Made by a program: the position numbers and the translations under genes. Shown in pieces: positions 13,704-24,147 of a stretch of 64,000 bases of DNA. Source of the stretch: Phoronis australis. Lineage: Eukaryota > Animalia > Phoronida. Positions within the stretch are counted from its first letter, which is position 1. Every line of letters starts with the position of its first letter. The stretch is from positions 199,109-263,108 of the forward strand of contig NMRA01000291.1 in NCBI GenBank assembly GCA_002633005.1, in the 5' to 3' direction. The notes under the pieces were generated by a model. That model searched no databases and had not been told where the DNA came from. It was given only the letters and a program-made list of their open reading frames with translations.

Positions 13704-13890
13704 ATGGCCAGGTTTTCTTCGATGTTTGCTACATTGGTAGTGGTGGGGGCTTCAACAGCTTTAGTGACAGAAGCTCTGGCCAACTGCGTAACGAATATTC
13801 GGAGGCAAATCATGAGGGCTTGTACCATTCCGCGTAGGAGATCAGTCTGGAATCCATTTGACAAGCTTTTGCGAACTAAAAGAGACCTTT
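13704..13890 (+). CDS. Insulin-like peptide coding exon 1 (signal peptide, B chain, start of C peptide)
   Basis: ATG 13704; CVTNIRRQIMRAC; RRR and RTKR sites; GTGAGT donor at 13891. Confidence 0.87.
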
Positions 13891-16314
13891 GTGAGTAAAT
13901 TTTGGTTGTTTATTGTTAGTGCTTGGCCTTTAGCAAATTTTATTTCCATTTCAGTGACAGTTATAAGAACGGTTATGAAATCACCCTGAGACTACCACGC
14001 TTTGCAATTTCCTCCTCAGTATACTGGCGCCATGTGCGAAATCACAGCCGCCATGTTCATTACAAATATGCATAGTGTTGTATTACTGGACAACGTTAAA
14101 AAATTAACAATATTGTGTAGTTGTTGAGACTCTGTTACCCAAAATTTCAGGTAATATTTTACACACCACGGTCGTGCACTCTTCCGGTGTGGACTCAGTT
14201 CGCCTTCCTCCAAACAGCAACGCTTCCCCACACTTTACACGATGATAATCGACGTATGACAGTACATATGTATTAAGTAGCAGGACCAACTGAGAGTATT
14301 ATTTGGGTATCATTTCCTTGAGTCGGTTCAGCTGTATGAGAATATTTTAAAGACACTGAGCAATTTGACAATCAGCATTTGTCAAACGTGCAAACGTTAT
14401 GGCCCGGGAGATCCTCGAGCCTGACACTAAGCGGTGCCTATCACGAGGTCACGTGATAATCAGTGGCTCGCTGGTACCCTGCGTGCTTATAGCCCAGCTA
14501 TCACGCTGGTATCACGCAATGGCACGCGCTTTAGCATTGGTCGATGTAACCTCGGCAGTCATTGGTTAGCTTCACAACACCGTGAAAAAATGACGGATTG
14601 TGAACGATTTTTAGCCTTCTCATACAAGTGGCGTCGCAGCAACTATTTTGTTTCTGCAATGATGTTTAATAGCCACGTGCTTGAAGCACATATATGTACA
14701 ATAAACACATATCTGGCCGCGGATTTAACCGGTGTGTTATTCATACTGTATGAATACTGGACATTATCGCCGTAAACAAAAGTCATGGACAGTAGAAAGA
14801 TTCATTCAGAAAGGGTGCAATCACAATTTCTAGGCTTCACATTTCCTGAACATAAATTTTAAGCACCGATTTGTTTGTACAACAGACCACAATAATTACA
14901 CTTCAGTCCATCAGTCATGCCAGTTTGTTTGCGTAAAGCGCTCCCTGTTGACGAATCGACTAGCCAATCAGGAACGCCGGTGTAAAAAATTTGCCGAGGA
15001 AAATTAAGTGATACCTGCGTGCTGGAGCGGCTACCGCCCCACCTAGCGGCACGCAGGGAACCAGCGAGCATCAGTGGCGGTAACTGATGCATTCCGTAAA
15101 TCTAAAATACTCAATCGCGAAGCCCTTACGTTGAGAAATCTCCGTTTATGGAACAGAAGCAGCGAATTCTATCACAGTCAGTCAACACTCAAACCTAACC
15201 GTCCAGTCACTTCAGTGGCCGCTGTTTTCTAGGGTCCCTTTAAAAGCCCCCAGGCACATTCGCGAAACATTCGCCATTCGTTTGCGTGATTTTGTTTTGT
15301 CGTGAGATGCGTGCGCCTACGGAACTCATCATTGTAGTTTGGCTATACTGCCCTGTGGTCGTTACAAGGTAATAAGTGTGTTGATTGCAGACAATGGACA
15401 TGCGTACTAATTTGGTGACTAGCATAAACTGATACTGGTGACAACGCTGGGGATTTCATTTGCAGTGCTGCATGGTGTCGTTTTTCAAATGTGTTATGGG
15501 GCTGTTGTCGGCTCGTAAGCACCCGATGACATCACAGACAAGTGTTGCTCATGTAAACTGACGTGCATTATGTAGACGCGAGAACCTCGGCGCGAAAATG
15601 CGAGATCGCTGAAGACTTCGCAATACTCTTCATGTACTGCAAGCGAAACACGTGAACACATACACATTAGCTAATTTCGCGATATTCTTGCGTGTACGCA
15701 ACCCAGAAACAGATATAAATTTTTGTTTCAGGCAATGAGATTTAACTTCAGCGTGGTCCTCTCAGATGGCGCGTGCCTTTAGAATCGTAGCTCAAACAAC
15801 TTTGTTATATGAGGCTCACAACCAATCTTTTTAAAACTATTCTATGATGATTGGTTTGTCACACTCGCATCAAAAAGCATGTCGCAGTGGACCCACGGTT
15901 TCAATGCTGGCGCACAAATCATGTTTTCCATCATGTGATTACACATCCATACTTATCTTTGATGTCACAGCCGTCCCACAATGCATTCAAAAATAGAACA
16001 GCAGCGTCGTAAAAATGAAATATCCAGCATTGAAGAGAGTAAATACCAAAAGCAAAGTTTCACAAATAGAGAGTAGTTTTACACTGCGGCTTTAAAACAA
16101 CGAAAATATGTTTGCACAATATTTTCTATCGAACATTTGTGTTGTAGCATTACAAGAACTGATGCTACTCCGTGATCAGGACACACAGTTTGAAACTACA
16201 GGAGCTGTTTCAAAATCTATTCGGTCTACGACGGTAAAGCAACTTCTGCATATGTGTTGCCGACGACCAGTCCAGAACCCGTGTACAGCGTACGACTTGA
16301 GGGGTCTCTGTTAA
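13704..16314 (+). CDS. Insulin/relaxin-superfamily preprohormone (divergent insulin-like peptide), 2 coding exons: 13704-13890, 16148-16314; 117 aa
   Basis: Donor T|GTGAGT at 13890/1 (phase 1) and acceptor TTGTAG|CA at 16147/8 join in frame: MARFSSMFATLVVVGASTALVTEALA-NCVTNIRRQIMRACTIP-RRR-SVWNPFDKLLRT-KR-DLSLQELMLLRDQDTQFETTGAVSKSIR-STTVKQLLHMCCRRPVQNPCTAYDLRGLC*. It has a hydrophobic signal peptide, B-chain C-x11-C, basic cleavage sites, and an A-chain CC..C-x8-C ending at the stop. The phase-1 intron in the C-peptide is typical of insulin-family genes. The ATG is directly preceded by TTATAG, a possible acceptor of a 5'UTR intron. Confidence 0.88.
16148..16314 (+). CDS. Insulin-like peptide coding exon 2 (C peptide end, A chain)
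   Basis: TGTGTTGTAG acceptor; CCRRPVQNPCTAYDLRGLC-TAA. Confidence 0.87.
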
Positions 16315-16373
16315 TAGGCGGCGTTGCTCGCGTTTATCTGACGTTTGAACAGAGTACAATTTCCTAAGGAGTT

Positions 16374-16481
16374 TGTGTACTTTTTATTTAGAAAAAATGT
16401 ATTACATTTATCTTCCTAGTTATTCATTGTGTACTTTTTATTTACAAAAATTGTATTAAATTTATCTTCCTAGTTATTCAT
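16374..16481 (+). repeat. Tandem duplication of about 54 bp in the presumptive 3'UTR of the insulin-like gene
   Basis: TGTGTACTTTTTATT...TTTATCTTCCTAGTTATTCAT twice; the second copy contains ATTAAA (16455-16460). Confidence 0.8.
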
Positions 16482-17567
16482 TTCAAAACCATCAACATAA
16501 TTATATCCATAGTAATGTCTAATTGATTAATTAGATTATTTAAAGCGGCAAACACTCCTTACGTCAAAGAAGTGATGGTGATTTAAACCACCTGCCGCTG
16601 TAAAATAGGTCTCAACGTGTTCCTTAGTCAGAAGAGAAGTGATTTCTGGTCTTGTATAAGAAGTGGCAGTTGAAACCATGCACGGCGCATGCCAGGCCAA
16701 CTTGCAGAGGCTGGTGTCAAGCCATAATGAAATCATACAATCTCTAGTTTGACTAAGAAAGAATTTGAGATCAATTTCATAATCGTATGTGATACAAATC
16801 AAAGGTTGATTTTGTGATGTAGGGCGAGTTTATAACAGCTTTTATAAGAGAAATGATAAGCGCTCGGTGAATTTGAATCGTGTAATTTCCGGTGGTTTAT
16901 TACGCATGCTTTCCATGAGCGTCACTGAAATTGTCCGTGGCGAGAACAGCATTCTTTTTACCAAGAATAGCTGATGAAGGATTTAGCAAAACGAGTATTT
17001 TATGTACTCGACAGAAATCAGTATCGGAGTACCGGAATTTTCTACAGAAAAGCCCGTGACGTACATTCGGAAATAGTTCAAGGACTAAAAGTTCGGGCTG
17101 GTATTTGGAAAATGACAAGAATACGCTCGCTTGTACCCAAAGTCACCCCAACTGGTGAAATTGAAACCAAGAAAGAAAATGCACAACATTGCCGATGTAT
17201 GATTGTCTCCACAGAGAGGAGTTTGTTGTTGAAAGTTTTACTTTTTACAGTTTGGTTTCCATTTGCTATGAAACTGGTAAAAGTTTAACCATGCATAGTT
17301 TTTCAAATATACGACCAAGGGGTATCTGCGGAACATTTTCCTTATAAACAGCCACTGACCCTATCTAAAGATGGGTGATGTGGAAGAGCAAGCTCCACAA
17401 TTGGAAGGGCGACAACGCGTATGAAGATAAGGAACTCAGTTTTATCGACGGCATTCAAATGAATGTATTTTGTCTGATACGCTACCGATCAGTGCTGGGC
17501 CCGGGTGCACGAGGCATTATCACGCGTCATATTGCTACTGTTAAACAATGCATTTGAAACCATACAT

Positions 17568-17716
17568 CATGGGCGGCGCAACACTGAAAAAAGTGGGGGC
17601 TAAAGCCCCCTCACCCCCCTTTGGTGCATCGCTTGTTGACCATGTGCGGCGTAGCACTGAAAAAAGTGGGGAGGGGGGCTATAGCCTGTCCAGCCCCCTA
17701 TGGTGCGCCACCCATG
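17568..17716. mobile_element. Short GC-rich MITE
   Basis: TIR CATGGGCGGCGCA / TGCGCCACCCATG with internal duplication CACTGAAAAAAGTGGGG. Confidence 0.6.
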
Positions 17717-17939
17717 TACAACAATCTAACTTAAGTCTTGACGTTTTATACATCCCAGCCCAGGGCCCGGGGTCTAACGTTTTTACTCGATATCGAAGTA
17801 GAAAATATTTTGGGCATTTTCCGTTCTACTTTTGTGCAACCTTAAAATGGGTGTCTAGTACGCGAATCCTGTTTTGCACTTGATGACCCCAGGATTGAGG
17901 CTAAATGTTCGTATCTCAACTCGAAATTTCGAATTGTCT

Positions 17940-20900
17940 AACGTGCTAGCCAAGAGGCGCCGCCACTCTCCTGACCTTTCTGGTACAGTTTCCGGTTAGT
18001 GCATTTTGACGAGAAATATTTGCATCTACTTTACTGTCCAAAGCAACGAAAAAATATTAATTTCGGCATTGAAATGCATTTCAAAGTCTTTCAATAGTAG
18101 AAGTGTTGGTATTGTGAGTACTTTTGGCAATGCTACTGGTAATTAATTACAAAATTGAAACTTCGGTGTCGACTGATTATGTCGTCTGTTTGCCCAATAG
18201 CAGCATAGTTAACGGACAGTTTTTGATTTATGGTTCACATGGGCCTACTGAGAAAACTACGAAAGCATGTTTGTGCACAAATTCCAAGGAGTACCTGTGA
18301 ATGCAAAAGATACTTATATAACGTTTTTGGTTTAGAAAAATATTAATTTTGTTCGAATTAAAGAATGCGCCTCTGCAAAGATTCGACTATGTTTATAATT
18401 CAACATTCTCAACTGAGCAGTTCTTCTGGGAAGTGTTGAGTGGCCTTTAAAAGGGCCGTTGGTTGTAGGTATAGCGTGAAATGGTTCTTAAAAGAACCGT
18501 TGAATAATTCAACATAAATCGCACAGTTTAACATGCTCACTCAAGTACAGAAGGTTGGATGAAAACAGAGGAGATGACAATATCGTTGACAGTTGTAACA
18601 CATTATATAAATGTTACCGTTCTCCAACGTTATCACGAACCCTGCCTTTTTCAGTTCTTGTTCCTGGATTCAGAAGTAACCCTGAACCATAGGGAAAAAA
18701 GACATACAACGAAAACGAATAAAAAAATTTGGAACATCATCGCCTTCGTACGATTCCGTGTTGCTGTCGCCAGACAGATGTTCCTCTCCAACATCAATGT
18801 CGAAAATCGACGTTACAAGTGATGGAAACTTGTGTCCTTCGTTTCTAACTTTTAACCCATTTTTTAAGAAAGTGGTGTACTGATTTTGTCTAATGTTGAT
18901 AGAGCATAACTTTTGGTTTTTACAATGCATTAATTGTGTTGAATGCATTCATATTAGGTGCTTCATTGAGTTGAACAGAAAATAAACTAAATGTAACACA
19001 ATAAAGTTTTGAAAATAAATAGAACTTTAAAACAGGACTCCCTAAGAATCGAGCTGTTTTCGAAAACTTTGCGCTATTGGTGATCTGATTGGTTCATGCA
19101 TTTACGGCGGGAAAATAATAGACCAAGTATCGTGCACGTGTGCACTGTAGCAACACTTTATATCGTATTCTTATTTGGCCAATCTGTTGATACAGTAAAT
19201 TTCCTTATTTATGCCCATCCTGATTTAACTGCAACTTGAGCTTGTTGGGTTCTATCATATATTGGGTTGGCATTGGGGCCCACATGATGCTTACTCGAAT
19301 GGGCTTCATTTTACCAAGTATTTCAAATTGAGGTGAAGTAAATAAACAAAGTGGGTGAATATTATCACCAGAATTTCATCATTAGTATCTTTTGTCGGAT
19401 GCTCAAATTTTCTGAGACTAGGGATTGTCAGATTTGTAAGGTAGAAGTGTTTTACTGGATTTTCAGGTCTGTGGCGTTATTTATACCGGACCAAAATTAA
19501 AAAAAAAACAGACCTTTTTTTAAATCAGGAGCTGCATGATGTATGATAATACACATTTATTAGACGTGCGCAAGCATTGCATTGATCACTTGGAACCATT
19601 TTTATGGTTTATTAATATATAGTTAAACCAAGCTGAGGAGCTTGAAACCTGATTCACGGCAATTTTTGGCAGTGGGATTTTCTGAAAAATGCTCGTAAGT
19701 TGACAAAAATTTTTGATAGCAATGCACTGCAGTTTTGTAGAAACTGTTCATAGGTTACAGATGCGTCACAGAGCGTAACTTTGATGAATTCTAGCTTACG
19801 ATTTCACCTGTTTCGGAGACCGGGTTTCAACCACTTTTGGGCTATAATAAGCGCCCCTTCCTGAAGCGGATTTTTCTAAGCACCCTGACCGCTTATTAGG
19901 GCGGATACGGTAATATTTCAGAAGGGCAATACTTAGTATCCTTTATGCACGGGACCCTTTTGTTACATTAGGAGTGGGATTGGCTCATTATGAACCCTAC
20001 AGGTGGCATAGGACTTTACAAAACTGGTTGAAGAATTTTGTTTTCGTCATAAACGTTCGTTTGAAAGGCTTAAATTTAGATATGTTAGGACTTAAGACGG
20101 AAATTTAAAAAAAACACATATCCGCTTACAAAAATTTAACATTGAAGAATAAAAACAACCTTTACACCCCTCTGGCGTTCCTGTTCCATGTTTTCAAAGA
20201 AGTTGGTTGCATTTTCATAGACTGCAGTCGAGAGATTTTGTGCGGCATATATTCGACATGAAATGAGTGTGTAACCTGCTGTTGAATTGCGAGATAGATT
20301 TGGACTGATCCAGGTGGTTATTTCTGAAGTATTAATGCAATCTTTATTGATGTTAAAGGTTTTACCAGCGTTCTATTTATTTGTACACGAATGTGACTTT
20401 GTTGAAATCGCTGATCCAAATTCTGGCCAAATGTGCGCATTCTGTTGAGACCAACTGTCTGATCAGAGCCAGCGAAGAGTAATTTGGTTAATTCGCTCAC
20501 TAGGCTATGGCTGAACTTCCTCGTAAGGACAAGAGTTTACGAGTCACTACCTTTGGAAGAAATTTAGTGGACAATTTTCGTCAAAAAGTTTACCAGATAG
20601 TTGTCATCAAAACGGAGAAAACAAAAATGGATTTGTGAAGACAGGATTAAGTAGTAGTCTCTTAAAAACATTCATCTTTGAGGTGCCTTGAACAAATGTA
20701 TAAAGTCTTATTGCTGAAACAACTGCCATTCACGTTGACACAAGAAGTAAGCTTTTCTTCCCACAGCCGATTATGGGGTCTTCGGATGGTGTATGGAAGC
20801 TAATTCCTTTGCATTCGCGTGTGTGGCCGAACAACCAGCCACACAGTAGCCCATGATTAACAGATGACGTACTCGTCGGAAATTGCACCAGAAAATTTAG

Positions 20901-21004
20901 CCAGGTGTCGCCAGTGAATAATGACGTAAGGGGTTATGCGTAAGATCACAGATTTCGTCCATTGAAAGTATACGGAGTTGGCGGTCCATGTACTATAGTC
21001 TATG
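17940..21004 (-). mobile_element. Decayed THAP-domain DNA transposon (P-element-like), copy 2, lacking left TIR and lacking the Kolobok insertion
   Basis: Colinear with 2981-5562 plus 7162-7688 (e.g. ACGTGCTAGCCAAGAGGCGCCGCCAC at 2981 and 17941; identical end GCGGTCCATGTACTATAGTCTATG). Confidence 0.75.
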
Positions 21005-21121
21005 CTGTTGACCTAGTGTGACGAATTAATCGTGATTGATATTGCGTTTTCAGTCTTTTATATTTCGCCCAGCAAGCTCTTACATTGCAGGAATCATAAT
21101 GGGAATCTTTCAGCAGCACGT

Positions 21122-21307
21122 GATCACGTGGGACCAGATACTAGAAGTTCGCAGAGCACGAAGAGGTATTTTTTGTTTACGGCGCATCACGTCTAATCAC
21201 ATACAGTGTAAACGAGTCTTTTCAAGATCTTATGTTCGCCCATGAGACTGAGAAGAAGAACCTCCAGTTAGAGCCAGGTGGCGATGAGTCACTGGTCCCA
21301 CGTGATC
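21122..21307. repeat. Short inverted repeat / MITE remnant
   Basis: GATCACGTGGGACCAG (21122) and CTGGTCCCACGTGATC (21292). Confidence 0.55.
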
Positions 21308-21942
21308 GACTTCAATTACTTTACGAAAGCCTCCCATTGAACTGAATTAAGACGCAAGAGGAAAGCGTCAACCAACTAGGGTTCTGTGCACCCGCGACTG
21401 AAACTCAAGCGTTTGGTTTTTAAAGTACGTTTCCACTGTATTTTGCCATTTGCAGATACAATCTATACGCTACGAATATATTCTAACAAACCTAACATTG
21501 ACAAAGTAACATGAAAGCTGGTGAATCTTTTGGGAACTTCTAGTAATTTACATGCTGCCTCGTGTTGAAACGACAGGCATTAACAACATTTAATGACTTT
21601 TCATATAGCACCAAAAATTACACCTAATCCTCCTATTGTACTCCGCTCGCAGTAGAACCGTTTCAGGGAAAATTGATACACAAGCTTGTAGGAATGCAAT
21701 TTGGCATCTGTTCTGCGGTCAGACATCGCGGTAACCCACGTACAACGAAAACAGCAGGTGTGTTGAAGATATGTTACTTTGCGAACAATAAAACACTATT
21801 ACAAGTTACCATAAAACAAACAAAACAAATCAAAATAGTTGATTAAATTAGACAAAAATAAAGAAAAGTGTCACCGGCTGCAGTGTGAAGGCTATAATTG
21901 CACACTGCCTATAACAAATCAACGACAATTTCAACGTAAAGA

Positions 21943-22696
21943 GGCCAAGTGAGACCACAAACCGTGGCAACCGCACAAACTGTGGCAAACCTCAAATTGC
22001 AACAGTTTGTGCGGACATGTGACGCACAAATTGTAGCTATGTAATCGAAGCGCAACTGGCCAAAATGACAGCTTGTGCACGTCCTCCCAGTCCTGTGGTA
22101 TGGATGGTACAAGAGAACGCCCAGAGGAGTGGGAAGCTCAAGATGGCCAGAGAGACAAGATCACATCATTTCCCCCTACATGCAACGAGAATGGACGTAA
22201 TGACAATTCAACTGTGTCATCAGTGAAGAAGACAAGGAAAGACAAGAGTGCCAAGGTGGACTGAATGACGAGGTTGGCGAAGATTGGGATATTGACGGGA
22301 ATGACTTCAATATCAAGACATGGACATGACATAAGGTATGAAAATAGTCTAAAACAAATGGACAATGACACTGAACACCGATAGACCTGGGAACCAATAT
22401 GAGAGACAGGTTCCTAGACGGGATGCAAGAGATTGTCGTATTGCCGTCTCTTAGTGAAGTTATAAGGTTAGTACCGCTGTATTTATTCATGCACCATCAA
22501 TTCGTTGTTTTTGACGTCGTTGCACATTGTTCTCCAAATTTGTTCTTGAATGGTCAGTACAAACTGTAGCACTCTTGTGCAAAACCATAAACCGTCGCAT
22601 GAAAAATTAAACAGTTTCTGATTCGAAGGTCTGCACAAACAATTGGAGGATTACAACAGTTTGCGCAGTTGCGACAGTTTGTGGACTAATTCGGCC
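21943..22696. mobile_element. Degenerate inverted-repeat element (Harbinger-like termini)
   Basis: GGCCAAGTGAGACCACAAACCGTGGCAACCGCACAAACTGT vs reverse complement of ACAGTTTGCGCAGTTGCGACAGTTTGTGGACTAATTCGGCC. Confidence 0.55.
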
Positions 22697-23495
22697 ATTT
22701 TTTTGCAAAAATGATCTCTGACATAAGCGACAAAATAACCGATCATATGATTGATGACGAATTCTAAAAGAACTCATAGAAGTCTGAAGAAAAAATGTTT
22801 TGAATGCTGTCATAGCTACAAACACTGACATTGATGGAAACCAAAAATTTCTTAGCACTATTTTGGCGTAATAGCTCCCTGATCGTACAACTTTCATAAT
22901 ATTCTTACCGGCAATCTAACTTTGGAGGTTATTTCCGCAAAACTTTCCATGTTCAGGCTGAAGTTCAAATAGTTATCTCCGACATTAAATAAGTGCGGAT
23001 TTTTACAACAGAGCGACGATTTTTGTAGAGGCACTACTTAGGCAACTTAAAAAACGTGGCTACCACATCCATGAACTTGGTTCCTTCACGGGCCCCATCA
23101 ACTCACTTAACCGACTCATAATTTAGTCACAAACACGGCACACCGACCGCCTAACGCGACTCACTGACTGCCAAACACGGTATCGCGTCGCCCCCCATCA
23201 AAATTGGCACATGGACTCACAAACACGACTTACGGACTCCATCTCCGTGCGCCTTGTTGGTTGGTCACTGAGCCATGTTTATGAGTCCCTAAGTCGTGTT
23301 TACAATTGAAGGAACAATGTTTATGAGTGTGGCAGGCCTGTTTTTCGGGTCGCCTGTTGCTTGTGCAGCAGTGCGAGCTCTAACCCGAACAATCAACCCG
23401 ACCGATCACTACGTATAGCCGGTTGCGGCACCAACGCTATTAATACACGTTAGAGTACATCAGCTCAGTAACGAATATTAAAATATAAAACGTGA

Positions 23496-23501
23496 TTTAT
23501 T
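23496..23501 (-). terminator. Candidate polyadenylation signal (AATAAA) of TPH
   Basis: TTTATT on + strand about 470 nt past the TPH stop. Confidence 0.45.
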
Positions 23502-23969
23502 CACTAAGAAATTGTGTGTTTGTAGTTTCAATGGTTTCGAATTGCATTCTACAGTCAACGATTGCCGGGTTATGGGGCTATTTCCACCAGTGCGGCGACA
23601 TCTCTCTAGGGTATAGTATATGGTTCTGTATTGGTACATGGTGGTCTACTGCCTCCTCTATTAACCTACCATTCGCCGCCAATAACGGATTTAAATGTAA
23701 TCTGGAACATTTTGAATTTTCTAACCCACGAGTCAGCAATTTATGCCTAGCGAGGTCCTGTGTTGCAGTCAAACCAAAGACAAGGAAAACCCTATCTACA
23801 TTTCTATCTGAGTTATTAACGAACTGAGAAAATAGCGGCACCTTTTGCTAAAAAATCCTAATCCTTGCTCAGTTGCGAATCGGAATTCTGGTTTACACCT
23901 CTTGCACTATTCGATCATCGTTATCCCGATGCGCCGTGTCGATCGTCCTGGTTGGTCGTTAGTCCTTCT

Positions 23970-24147
23970 CTACAACATTTTGTCCAGACTTTGGAGCTTG
24001 CGGAGAGCTTCACTAATGATACACAAGTCTCCCTTCAGCTCACTAACCACCGTAGCTATCTGCTTGTGGGTACTAAGTGTTTCCACAGTTTGCGTATACG
24101 GGTTATACCGCGTAGCAAATGGCTTTTTTATCGTACATGCAAACTCC
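23970..24147 (-). CDS. TPH: TPH exon 10 (tetramerisation helix, stop)
   Basis: [24 protein letters not shown]...[14 protein letters not shown]. Confidence 0.95.

Noticed and set aside
13785-13823. Canonical relaxin receptor-binding cassette (R-x-x-x-R-x-x-I/V) in the B chain
   Set aside because: An RxxxR is present but sits one helical turn later than in relaxins and lacks the following I/V, so it is not evidence of relaxin orthology
23578-23969. Stop-codon readthrough or an extra ORF after TPH
   Set aside because: The frame after TAG closes within about 20 codons, and the 87-aa ORF has no recognisable features; treated as 3'UTR
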